A stretch of 39,203 nucleotides of DNA from an uncultured Planctomycetia bacterium (GTDB lineage: Bacteria > Omnitrophota > Gorgyraeia > JABMQH01): contig CAYQVM010000001.1 in the NCBI GenBank assembly GCA_964421145.1, forward strand, positions 6,108-45,310, written 5' to 3'. Position numbers and translations under genes: made by a program. Below are positions 30,422-38,865 of this stretch, piece after piece; the first letter of the stretch is position 1, and each line of letters begins with the position of its first letter. The notes below the pieces were generated by a model that made no database searches, was not told where the DNA came from, and worked only from the letters and a program-made list of their open reading frames with translations.

Positions 30422-31243
30422 CTATTTTCTTGTTTCGGTAGGCATATTGATATAATCGTTAAAATCCATCTTTCCGTGGATCTCCTGTTTCGCATTGGAT
30501 AGTCTTATGGATATATATGGGTGTGTCCTATCCGGCGCATAACGCCTCTCCGGCTCTTTCCTTTCGATCTCCCACAATGCTTCCAGGACCTTAACTACCC
30601 CCTCCGGATTATATCCTGACTTTCTGGCATATTTTATAGACAGTTTGTCCGCAAAAAGTTCATCATCCCTGCTGTATGAAAGCATAAGCGAATTTATAGC
30701 GGTGTATGCCTTGCCTAGATTTTGCCTGTCGGTCTGTGCCTGACTCGCCAGGACCATCAGGATATTGGCCCCGAAAGCAGCCTGCATCCTTTTCGCGGCA
30801 TGGCGCGCGACTATATGCCCCACTTCATGCGCGATAACCGCGGCCAGTTCATCATCGCTTTGAAACTTATCATACAAATCTTTGAAAACATATACGTACC
30901 CCCCGGGCAGCGCAAAAGCATTTATCATCGGTGCGGGGGCCCCCTTGTCATCTATAACCTTAAAGTGATACATTATGTCTTTTCTATCGCAGACCGCAGC
31001 GATTTTCTGTCCTATTTCATCCACCCTTTTCTGTGCGGCTTCGTCTTTTATTAACTTGAATCTTTTCTCTACAGACTTTGAAAGCGAGTCCCCCAGGTTG
31101 ACCTCTCCGTCTGTTGACATAAACACCACGTCTTCCTCGCCTGTTGAGGTATCAAACTCTATAGCATAGCTTTTCGGCACCGCAATACCGGCAAGAAAGA
31201 ATAGAATAATGAATACGCTTTTTACTGCCGCTTTTTTTATCAT
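30422..31243 (-). CDS. M48-family zinc metalloprotease, exported
   Basis: Signal peptide, LPGGYVYVF, and HEVGHIVARH (HExxH). Confidence 0.8.
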   Translation of the reverse strand: MIKKAAVKSVFIILFFLAGIAVPKSYAIEFDTSTGEEDVVFMSTDGEVNLGDSLSKSVEKRFKLIKDEAAQKRVDEIGQKIAAVCDRKDIMYHFKVIDDKGAPAPMINAFALPGGYVYVFKDLYDKFQSDDELAAVIAHEVGHIVARHAAKRMQAAFGANILMVLASQAQTDRQNLGKAYTAINSLMLSYSRDDELFADKLSIKYARKSGYNPEGVVKVLEALWEIERKEPERRYAPDRTHPYISIRLSNAKQEIHGKMDFNDYINMPTETRK

Positions 31244-31387
31244 ATAGTCTATATTCTACTATTAACCAGATGGGCACTTCAAGAAAAAACTAAAATGGTT
31301 TAAAATTGATTAAAAATTGATTTAATTTATGATTAGACTTATAGTGAGATGGTTAAATAAGAAAGGAATCGAATAATCCGAATGGCT

Positions 31388-31759
31388 TTAGCGGGCTACT
31401 GAATTAAGCCTGTCTCTTTGTTCTTTTTCCCAGATCTCTTTAAATTCTTTGCTATTCTGTACATCGGCTGCATTTGTCTTCAGCGGAGGTTGTATAGCAT
31501 ACGAACCAACAGGCTTTTTTTCCGCTCTGGCAAAATCATAGGATACCTTTTGGCCTACAAAAAACAGGCCGGGAACAGCTGCGGCTACGCACACTGCCAG
31601 GGCAGCCTTGATCCACTTCGATTTTACAGAGGATATGGTTTTGACCTTGATATCCGCACCGGTGCGTATATTGCCTTTTAAAAATTCGCCGGCTATATCT
31701 GCGGCTTCATAGGCGCTGTCAGCCTCGGTAACAACTTCAATGGTTGTTTTATACTCCAT
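31388..31759 (-). CDS. Hypothetical single-pass membrane protein
   Basis: 123-aa ORF with a central TM helix (IKAALAVCVAAAVPGLFFVG). An upstream TTGACA-17 nt-TAGACT promoter-like sequence lies on the minus strand. Confidence 0.45.
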   Translation of the reverse strand: MEYKTTIEVVTEADSAYEAADIAGEFLKGNIRTGADIKVKTISSVKSKWIKAALAVCVAAAVPGLFFVGQKVSYDFARAEKKPVGSYAIQPPLKTNAADVQNSKEFKEIWEKEQRDRLNSVAR

Positions 31760-31920
31760 TTGTTAATATTCCCCCTTTCTCTCAATGAACTTTTTTAGAA
31801 AAATTTTCATATTCATTTTTTAAGCTGTAATCAAGTCTACAACAAAAAATCGATACTGTCAAGAAAATAACTAACTTTTTATTACCTAACTTCCTAACCT
31901 TTTTAATATTCGTATCTTCA

Positions 31921-31992
31921 TGCGCCTGACCCGAGTCGAACGGGTATACCTGGCTCCGGAGGCCAGTGCCTTATCCATTAGGCCACAGGCGC
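31921..31992 (-). tRNA. tRNA-Arg (anticodon CCG)
   Basis: The reverse complement folds as a cloverleaf: acceptor GCGCCTG/CAGGCGC, anticodon stem CTGGC/GCCAG with loop CTCCGGA, and T arm ACCCG-TTCGACT-CGGGT. 72 nt. Confidence 0.9.
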
Positions 31993-32009
31993 GGAAAAAT
32001 AGCTGACCT

Positions 32010-32240
32010 CTAAACGGCCACGCAGGTAAGTGTCTTGGATACGCCTTTTACCTTAAGCAGCTTGATAGTTATCAACCTGCCCAATTCGTCCATATCGGAA
32101 GCTTCCACCTGAATCACGGCATCGTAAGGGCCCGTAACCGCATCCGCAAATTTGACCCCTTTGATATTCCTGACCTCTTTCAATGTTTCCGACAGGCTTG
32201 TAGCCGCAAGATTCATCAATACATAAGCTTTGACAGCCAT
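32010..32240 (-). CDS. Stand-alone Lrp/AsnC-type ligand-binding (RAM) domain protein
   Basis: 76 aa. AYVLMNL...EVRNIKGVKFADAVTGPYDAVIQVEASDMDELGRL resembles the C-terminal effector domain of Lrp/AsnC regulators and has no HTH. Confidence 0.6.
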   Translation of the reverse strand: MAVKAYVLMNLAATSLSETLKEVRNIKGVKFADAVTGPYDAVIQVEASDMDELGRLITIKLLKVKGVSKTLTCVAV

Positions 32241-32246
32241 CTCATA

Positions 32247-32328
32247 CCTCCCATTTTGTCCTAATTTTACTTAACCCACAAAATGATCCCGAGGCACCCT
32301 TGTTTTACATACCCCCGGTGCCGAGGGA
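32247..32328 (-). promoter_or_regulatory. Two-hairpin 5' leader motif, copy 3 (upstream of the RAM-domain gene)
   Basis: RNA sense: UCCCUCGGCACC..GGUGCCUCGGGA, CAUUUUGU..ACAAAAUG, GGGAGG. Both stems carry compensatory changes relative to copies 1 and 2. Confidence 0.6.
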
Positions 32329-32383
32329 CTTCTCTATTACCTGATTTTAACACACTCTCCTTATCAAAACAAGGTTATTAAAA

Positions 32384-34405
32384 TTAAAAGACCGATTCTT
32401 CTTCTATTTCCCATTTTTCGTACAGGTCTTCTTCCAATTCCTGTAGGAAAAGCGAGGGCCTGGAAATCACTGTTCCGTAATTGTAATCAAATCTTGTCAT
32501 GGGATGCAAGAAATATACCTGGTCTTTAGCCCTTGTAACCGCCACATAGAACAAGCGTCTTTCCTCTTCCAATTGTGAAGGTTCCTCAAAAGACTTGGGA
32601 TGGGGGAATTGGCCGTCGCACAGGCCGATAATAAAAACCGCCTTCCACTCTAATCCTTTCGCCTGGTGGACAGTAGATAATGTAATACTCTCTTCCTCCT
32701 CTGCCCTGGAGCCCATAATGGTCTCCCCTTTAAATCCTTCCCTTAATGTGACGTCCGCCAGAAAATCCTTCAAATCCTTGTAGGTATGAGCGAAATTTGC
32801 CAGCTCTTTAATATCGTCCAGCCTATCATCGGCATTTTCAAAATTCGCCAGGATATACATCTCGTAACCCGCTGTTAGAATTTTGTGTATCATGGCATCG
32901 GCATGTTTGTATATATCTTCTTCCAAAATCGCTCCCATTATTTTCTTGAAGCCTTCAAACCCGGCGCTTGCTCTTCTCGGGATAAAATCTGCGCCAAATA
33001 TATTTTTTCCCTTTGCAGTAAAAATTTCCGGCAAGGGAAGCCCACTGCTTATTATCTTCTGAAAAATTTTATCGGCGTAACCGCTGCCTATGCCGTTATG
33101 AAGCGAAAGGGCCCTTATCCATGAAATCTCATCCTGGGGGTTCTGTATTATCCTCAAATATGAAAGTACGTCCTTTATATGAGCCTGCTCAAAAAACCGC
33201 ACGCCACCTCTGATGACATAAGGCACGCCGCGCTTAACAAGCTCTAATTCCAGTTCCGCCGATTGGTAATGCGCCCTATATAGCACCGCTATTTCGCCCA
33301 GCGGCAAGCCTTCCTCTTTCATCTCTATAATACGCTGGGCAATAAACGCTGATTGGGAGTACATATCCTTAACGGGTATTAAATTGGGCTTGTCTAAAGC
33401 CGCGTCGGTTCTTGTCCCCACAAGGACTTTTTGAAATTGATGTTGATTCCTTTGAATAACATTATTTGCGATATTTAATATCGGAGTAACAGAGCGGTAG
33501 TTTGTTTGTAATTTAAATATTTTTGTTCCCGGAAATTCGGAAGGAAAATCAAGTATGTTGCGTAAATCAGCGGCCCTGAAGGAATATATGCTTTGGGCGT
33601 CATCTCCGACAACCAGAACATTTTTGTGATAAGCCCCTAATAATTTAATAATATCAAATTGCAGCCTATTCGTGTCCTGATATTCATCAACCAGCACATA
33701 CCTGAACTGCCTTGTAAATCTCTCATTAGCGGACGGCGTTGTTTTAAGCAGCTTTATCCATTCGGTAAGCAGGTCGTCATAATCCAGCGAGTTTGATTTT
33801 CTCTTTCTGGTTTCATACAGTTTATATATTTTATTAATATCATCAATAAAATCTACCGCGTGCGGATACCTATGCATGATTGTCTTTTCTATATCCTGCT
33901 TAGAATTCCGGGAATATGATATAACACCCTGTATAAGCCCCGGGCTCGGAAAAAGTCTGGCATTTTCCTGTTTAGATCTAAGCGCTTTCACACAAATCTT
34001 TATTAATGCCTTCTGGTCCTCTTCGTCCAGTATGCCGAAATCTTCACTAAGGCCTAAGTGTTTTGCGTACATACGCAATGAACGATTACCAATATGATGA
34101 AAGGTGCCGCACCATAAACCAGACGGCCTTGCCTTTAAAAGAAGCTCAAGCCTATTCTGCATCTGATGGGCCGCCTTATTTGTAAAGGTCATTAAAAGTA
34201 TATTCGGGGCGGGTATGCCTTTTTCCAAAAGATACGTGATGCGGTATATAAGGGTGCGGGTTTTGCCGCTTCCCGGCCCAGCCAGGACAAGGCATGGGCC
34301 GTCGGCTTCCGTAACAACTTTTAATTGTTCCGGGTTCAGTTCCTTATTATATTCAATCTTGGTGGGATTTTCTGGCAAGTTTAAGCTTAACGTATATTTC
34401 TTCAT
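32384..34405 (-). CDS. UvrD/PcrA/Rep-family DNA helicase
   Basis: AGPGSGKT, VDEYQDTN, GDDAQSIYSFR, NYRS, TVHQAKGLEW and YVAVTRAK. ATG 34405 preferred; the track start TTG 34423 is also possible. Confidence 0.88.
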   Translation of the reverse strand: MKKYTLSLNLPENPTKIEYNKELNPEQLKVVTEADGPCLVLAGPGSGKTRTLIYRITYLLEKGIPAPNILLMTFTNKAAHQMQNRLELLLKARPSGLWCGTFHHIGNRSLRMYAKHLGLSEDFGILDEEDQKALIKICVKALRSKQENARLFPSPGLIQGVISYSRNSKQDIEKTIMHRYPHAVDFIDDINKIYKLYETRKRKSNSLDYDDLLTEWIKLLKTTPSANERFTRQFRYVLVDEYQDTNRLQFDIIKLLGAYHKNVLVVGDDAQSIYSFRAADLRNILDFPSEFPGTKIFKLQTNYRSVTPILNIANNVIQRNQHQFQKVLVGTRTDAALDKPNLIPVKDMYSQSAFIAQRIIEMKEEGLPLGEIAVLYRAHYQSAELELELVKRGVPYVIRGGVRFFEQAHIKDVLSYLRIIQNPQDEISWIRALSLHNGIGSGYADKIFQKIISSGLPLPEIFTAKGKNIFGADFIPRRASAGFEGFKKIMGAILEEDIYKHADAMIHKILTAGYEMYILANFENADDRLDDIKELANFAHTYKDLKDFLADVTLREGFKGETIMGSRAEEEESITLSTVHQAKGLEWKAVFIIGLCDGQFPHPKSFEEPSQLEEERRLFYVAVTRAKDQVYFLHPMTRFDYNYGTVISRPSLFLQELEEDLYEKWEIEEESVF

Positions 34406-34425
34406 CGGTATGGCGCGCGTCAAGC

Positions 34426-34776
34426 TTACTTTACCTTATATACGGTATCCCCGATACGAACCCTGTCCTTGACCTTAAGGCCTATCTCTTGCCCTTTTTT
34501 GGCCTCTGTTACGGGAACATGGTCAACCTGAAGCGAATCTACCGTCTGCTTGAAGTCTGTAGTATGCCCTTTGACCTGAACTGTGTCTCCGCTCTTTAAA
34601 TCCTTAGATAATTTTATTACACCTGCGGAAACATGCGGAAAATAATGTGTTATCTCTCCTAGAACTTCTAAATCGGGCATAGTAGATGCCGGTGATAATT
34701 TTTTCGCGGATTTCTTAGCTGAGGGCTTTGCCTTTTTTACAGTTTTTTTACTTGTGTCTTTTTTCTTTGCCATCAT
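34426..34776 (-). CDS. Small protein with a Lys-rich N-terminus and an EF-Tu domain-2-like beta-barrel (translation elongation factor-like protein)
   Basis: HYFPHVSAGVIKL..LKSGDTVQVKG...EAKKGQEIGLKV. ATG 34776 lies 9 nt from the GGAGG SD, whereas the track GTG 34785 abuts the SD. Confidence 0.6.
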   Translation of the reverse strand: MMAKKKDTSKKTVKKAKPSAKKSAKKLSPASTMPDLEVLGEITHYFPHVSAGVIKLSKDLKSGDTVQVKGHTTDFKQTVDSLQVDHVPVTEAKKGQEIGLKVKDRVRIGDTVYKVK

Positions 34777-34915
34777 TAAAATCACCTCCCTTTCCCTGTT
34801 TTAGACAATTATATCACGCAAAATTAAACTTTCAAAACAATTTCTACAGACCTAACTATTAGAAATTGATACCGAGCGGCCGCTGGGTACTTAATTGGCC
34901 GCGAGTGTACCAAAA

Positions 34916-36640
34916 TTATTTTGTCTTTTTAAGACGCCTTAAGACCTCTTCGGCATTGAAACAATTCAGAATATTTTTCTTCTCAAGCCAGCCCCTCCTT
35001 GCTACACTAAGGCCGTATTTCATGTTGTCAAGCTGATCGACATGGTGCGTATCCGTGCCGATGGCAAGCACGACACCCATGGACCCTGCCCTTCTTGCGC
35101 TTGTATCATCAAGGTCCAGCCGGGATGGAAACGAGTTTATCTCCAGGGCAGTATTCGTATCTCTGGCCGCTTTAAAGACCTCATCCATATCAACGGCGTA
35201 AGCGTCTCTCGAACCCATCAACCTGCCGGTGGGATGTGCTATTATATTGACATACCTGTTTTGCATAGCCTTTATTATCCTTTTGGTCAACTTCTCTTTT
35301 GACTGTTTAAATCCGCTGTGGATTGCCGCGACAACAATATCAAGTTCTGACAGGACTTCATCTTTAAAATCCAGGGAGCCATCATCCAGGATATCAACCT
35401 CGGCGCCAGCCATGACCCTAAAATCCTTTAGCTTCTTATTAATATTTTTTATGTTTTTTACCTGATTAAGCAATTCCCGCTCCTTAAGGCCTCCCGCAAC
35501 AGCCAAAGTTTGAGAATGGTCGGTGATCGCCAGATACTTATACCCTCTTCGGATCGCCGCTCTTACAAGGTCATCTATTGAATCCGACCCATCACTTGCC
35601 TTTGTATGGACATGAAAATCCCCTTTTATATCTGTCAATTCTACTAAATGCGGCAATTTATTTTCAAGCGCCGCTTTGATCTCCCCCCTGTCCTCTCTTA
35701 ATTCCGGTGGTATGAACCTAAGCCTGAGAACCCTGTATATCTCCTCTTCTGTCTCCCCGCCTAATCTTTTATTGGTTTTAACCGAGAAAACGCCATATTC
35801 GTTTATCTTTAGGCCTTTTTTAACCGCCGCCTCCCTAAGCCGTATATTGTGTTCTTTTGAGCCCGTAAAATATAAGAGCGCGGCGCCAAAGCTCCTCGGC
35901 TCAACAGCCCTTACATCCACCTGCATATCCTCTTTTGTTATCGCGCTGGATTTAGTGGGCCCGTGCGCGAGAACCCTTTTAATAAAAGGAAGCTTTATGA
36001 AAGTATTCATCACATCTACGGGTGAAGTTGTTGTGATCAGTATATCTATATCCCGGATAGTCTCTTTCCGGCGCCTGAGGCTTCCACACGCCGCTATCTG
36101 GTTAATCTGCGAAGCATTCTTTAGGGCCAAGACTATCTCTTCGGCCATCGGCAGCGCTAGACCTAAGGAAACTCTCTCTTTACCTTTCCTTACAATCTGG
36201 ATACCTTTGAGTATATTCTCTTCGGTCTTCCGGCGTATTCCCGGAATGCTGCTTAACTTATGCGCCTTCGCCTTGCTTTCTAGGTCATTGATACTTTTTA
36301 TCTTAAGCTTATTCACCAATGTCTTTGCGGTCTTGGGCCCTATTCCGGGAATATCTATAAGCTTTAAAAATGCCGGTGAGACCTTTTTCTTCAGACCCTC
36401 AAAAAAGGCGACCTTGCCTGTCCCGATAAATTCCCGGATCTTCCCGGCAAGATCAGCGCCCACGCTAGGGATGTCCGTCAGCTCATCTCTCTTGGCGATT
36501 TCGCCCACGTCTTCCGAGAGGGCCTCTATATTCTGGGCAGCCCTTCTGTAGGCCCTGATCCTGAACGGATTTTCGGCTTGGACTTCTAATATTTCAGCGA
36601 TTTGGTTGAAGATTTCCGCTATCTTGAGGTTGTTGGTCAT
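34916..36640 (-). CDS. polX: Family X DNA polymerase with a C-terminal PHP phosphoesterase domain
   Basis: N-terminal HhH motifs (IPGIGPKTA), the Pol beta-like core GSLRRRKETIRDIDIL, and PHP motifs (DFHVHT, ITDH, GTDTH). Confidence 0.9.
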   Translation of the reverse strand: MTNNLKIAEIFNQIAEILEVQAENPFRIRAYRRAAQNIEALSEDVGEIAKRDELTDIPSVGADLAGKIREFIGTGKVAFFEGLKKKVSPAFLKLIDIPGIGPKTAKTLVNKLKIKSINDLESKAKAHKLSSIPGIRRKTEENILKGIQIVRKGKERVSLGLALPMAEEIVLALKNASQINQIAACGSLRRRKETIRDIDILITTTSPVDVMNTFIKLPFIKRVLAHGPTKSSAITKEDMQVDVRAVEPRSFGAALLYFTGSKEHNIRLREAAVKKGLKINEYGVFSVKTNKRLGGETEEEIYRVLRLRFIPPELREDRGEIKAALENKLPHLVELTDIKGDFHVHTKASDGSDSIDDLVRAAIRRGYKYLAITDHSQTLAVAGGLKERELLNQVKNIKNINKKLKDFRVMAGAEVDILDDGSLDFKDEVLSELDIVVAAIHSGFKQSKEKLTKRIIKAMQNRYVNIIAHPTGRLMGSRDAYAVDMDEVFKAARDTNTALEINSFPSRLDLDDTSARRAGSMGVVLAIGTDTHHVDQLDNMKYGLSVARRGWLEKKNILNCFNAEEVLRRLKKTK

Positions 36641-37838
36641 CCTGCCTCTCTTGTCCGGAGCCTAATGTCTGCTTAAAGACATCCTGCAAAACCTTCTTAC
36701 CCGCATCCTCTATATTGCCCGTCTCTTTGACCTTTTCTATGATCATATTCGGTATCTTGGAGACCCCCCTCATTATGGCGTTGCCTATTGATTGGGCGAG
36801 GACCTTTTTAAGGGCTTCGGCGAGGTGAAATCGCGGGTCAGACAAAGTACCGGTTATCTCAAAGCTAAAATCTAAATCCCCACGGCTATTGATAAAAAAC
36901 TGCATAACGGTTTGCATCGGCAGGCCAAAAACCATGTTATCCGAGGAGGTATTGGGATTGGCGGCGACCTCCAGATCCGCTATGCTTACCAGCTGTATGG
37001 AATCAAGCTCGTTTCTCCTGCATTTCCCCTTAGCCGTCAAATTGAAACTTCCAGTAACGGCAAGTAGGGGGGCGGTATTTGTATAAAAAGGCATGAAGGC
37101 AGGCAATGATATATTAGTTGCTTGAAGATTTGCATCAAAGTCTATTAGTTCGGTAAGGAATCCCCCTCTGCCTTCGAAATTTACCCTGCCGGCACCACCG
37201 GGGAACGGCATCGCCCCCTGGCATTTAACCAGTGTAGGCATTTCACCCTGCCTTCTGGGTTTGGTCAAATTTGTTATATTCACATCTATCTCATTAAACG
37301 TTATTCTGGCACCCATGGCGTTGACTTTATAATTGATAAGCTGGTAAGTGCCTTTCTTAATCTCTATTTTCCTTATCGCAAAATACGTCTCTTTCTTTTG
37401 AGCGGGGGCAGCTGGGCCTGGACCACCGCCCCCAGAAGTATTCTTTTTGAAAATCATCCGCATATTAGAAATTCCGTCTTCTTTTATTTCTATATCAAAT
37501 TTAGGGGTATAGAGTAAGATCCGATCTATTATGATTTTTTTAAATAAAAGCGATTCTATGCTTACGTCTATATAGCCACTTGGTACGTTAACAAAAGATG
37601 CTTCGGCTGAACCTGCCGGATTTTTGATTTTTAGATCGGAAAAATAAACAATTCCTCTAAATAGGTCCACTTTTACATCACCGGCTTCTGCCTTTGTATT
37701 TATAAGCTTATTTAATTCCTCTATCCCCCTCTCTTTAATAAAATCGGAGGCGCGGCCCTGGACAAAAAAGGCCGCCATGGCCGCGGCGATGACGGCCAAA
37801 ATCAATACAATGCCCATAAAGATAAATGTCTTTTTCAC
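36594..37838 (-). CDS. AsmA-like / DUF748-like membrane-anchored protein
   Basis: N-terminal anchor MKKTFIFMGIVLILAVIAAAMAAF and repeated beta-rich segments like the AsmA/DUF748 families (by eye). The GTG start is supplied by element copy D. The 3' end overlaps polX by 47 nt. Confidence 0.5.
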   Translation of the reverse strand: MKKTFIFMGIVLILAVIAAAMAAFFVQGRASDFIKERGIEELNKLINTKAEAGDVKVDLFRGIVYFSDLKIKNPAGSAEASFVNVPSGYIDVSIESLLFKKIIIDRILLYTPKFDIEIKEDGISNMRMIFKKNTSGGGGPGPAAPAQKKETYFAIRKIEIKKGTYQLINYKVNAMGARITFNEIDVNITNLTKPRRQGEMPTLVKCQGAMPFPGGAGRVNFEGRGGFLTELIDFDANLQATNISLPAFMPFYTNTAPLLAVTGSFNLTAKGKCRRNELDSIQLVSIADLEVAANPNTSSDNMVFGLPMQTVMQFFINSRGDLDFSFEITGTLSDPRFHLAEALKKVLAQSIGNAIMRGVSKIPNMIIEKVKETGNIEDAGKKVLQDVFKQTLGSGQERQDDQQPQDSGNLQPNR

Positions 37839-37886
37839 CCAGCCCCTCCTGCTAACCCAGTGGCCCTCTATAAGGAGGGGCTGGGT
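37837..37886 (-). repeat. Palindromic SD-GUG element, copy D
   Basis: ACCCAGCCCCTCCT (37837-37850) and AGGAGGGGCTGGGT (37873-37886) with a 22-nt loop. It exactly fills the gap between the radical SAM stop (37887) and the AsmA-like GTG (37838). Confidence 0.85.
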
Positions 37887-38825
37887 TCATGTCTTCTTAA
37901 TATTCGTCCCTAATAAACGAAGGTCTATCTCCTTATTATTGCCCTCCTGGACCCACCCGTTCAGAAGTCCATATTTCAAAAGCAGGTTGAATACCTCTTC
38001 ATATTCTTTTGTATTTATCCTTCGGTTTATTTCAACAAATTCACCTGCGCGATAAACAGGATGGTACTGGCTCATCAGGCTAATATAGACCTCTTTCGAT
38101 ATATTTTCCGAAATAAACTTAAATATTTTTCCAGAGGCGGCGAGGCCGTTGGGCAAAACGAGGTGCCTTATAATCAACCCCTTTCGGGCTATCCCCTCAT
38201 CGCTTAATACAAGGTTTCCCACCTGCCGATACATCTCCTTAATGGCTTCCTGGTTTATTGTAACATAATCCGGTGCATTTGAAAACCTTTTGGCGCTCAT
38301 CTGGTCTCCATAGCGCATGTCGGGTAAATAGATATCCACTATCCCATCCAACATCTTCAGGGTAGAAATCAGCTCATAGCCGCTCGTATTGTATACGATG
38401 GGAATATTCAGCCCGTTTCCCGAAGCGATAAAAAGCGCTTCCATGATTTCCGGGACATAATGCGTAGGCGTTACCAGATTGATATTGTGGCAGCTATTTT
38501 TTTGAAGGGCCAGCATGATATCCGCAAGCTCCTCTATAGACACTTCTTTTCCTCCGGAAAGCTGGCTGAACTTGTAGTTCTGGCAATATACGCACTGCAT
38601 GGTGCAGTGAGTAAAAAAGATTGTGCCGGATCCTTTCTTGCCCGATATGGGCGGTTCTTCTCCGGGATGAGACAACCAGCTGTAAAGTGCGGGTTTGGGG
38701 CCGGCCTTGCAAAACCCTTTCTTGCCCTGCATCCTGTTGACCCTGCACCGCCTGGGGCACAGTTCACAGCTTCCCAAAGCCTCTCTTACTTTTTTTAGAT
38801 TGCTTTTTAACACACTTGTATTCAT
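37887..38825 (-). CDS. Radical SAM protein, PflX-like (homolog of pyruvate formate-lyase activating enzymes)
   Basis: N-terminal CELCPRRC and the radical SAM cluster motif CTMQCVYC (Cx3Cx2C). 312 aa. Confidence 0.75.
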   Translation of the reverse strand: MNTSVLKSNLKKVREALGSCELCPRRCRVNRMQGKKGFCKAGPKPALYSWLSHPGEEPPISGKKGSGTIFFTHCTMQCVYCQNYKFSQLSGGKEVSIEELADIMLALQKNSCHNINLVTPTHYVPEIMEALFIASGNGLNIPIVYNTSGYELISTLKMLDGIVDIYLPDMRYGDQMSAKRFSNAPDYVTINQEAIKEMYRQVGNLVLSDEGIARKGLIIRHLVLPNGLAASGKIFKFISENISKEVYISLMSQYHPVYRAGEFVEINRRINTKEYEEVFNLLLKYGLLNGWVQEGNNKEIDLRLLGTNIKKT

Positions 38826-38865
38826 ATGGATTATTTTCAGGCCCTGCGGCGAGGGGTAGGCGCTT

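Noticed and set aside
31290-31330. A short direct repeat AAAATTGATT x2 upstream of the M48 protease gene.
   Set aside because: It is only 10 nt in an AT-rich promoter region, so it is likely chance or ordinary promoter-proximal sequence.
34860-34915. A GC-rich near-palindrome TACCGAGCGGCCGCTGGGTA (34870-34889) plus a nearby GGCCGCGAG between polX and the EF-like gene.
   Set aside because: It could be a polX terminator or an operator. The hairpin has almost no loop, no U-tract follows, and I could not derive a convincing fold, so there is too little to support a call.
34988-35004. CCAGCCCCTCCTTGCTA inside polX, resembling the 5' arm plus loop start of the palindromic element.
   Set aside because: No complementary AGGAGGGGCTGGG arm follows, and the sequence is in-frame coding (..ARRGWLE..). 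It is treated as a chance half-match or an ancient remnant, not a fifth copy.
35676-36551. A 291-aa plus-strand ORF antisense to polX, and the shorter 35042-35465 ORFs.
   Set aside because: It is Ser/Leu-rich and low in complexity with no motifs. The opposite strand encodes an unmistakable PolX-PHP protein.
15405-37886. Whether the four palindromic repeats could be a CRISPR array or a MITE with target-site duplications.
   Set aside because: The copies are dispersed (two adjacent and two 6-16 kb away), not regularly spaced with unique spacers, and no cas genes are present. I could not see flanking direct duplications, and no transposase is present. They are therefore reported as a REP-like structured element.
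38460-38798. Three overlapping 77-112-aa ORFs on both strands within the radical SAM gene.
   Set aside because: They are off-frame or antisense to a gene with clear radical SAM motifs and have Arg/Gly/Ala-rich composition, so they are spurious.
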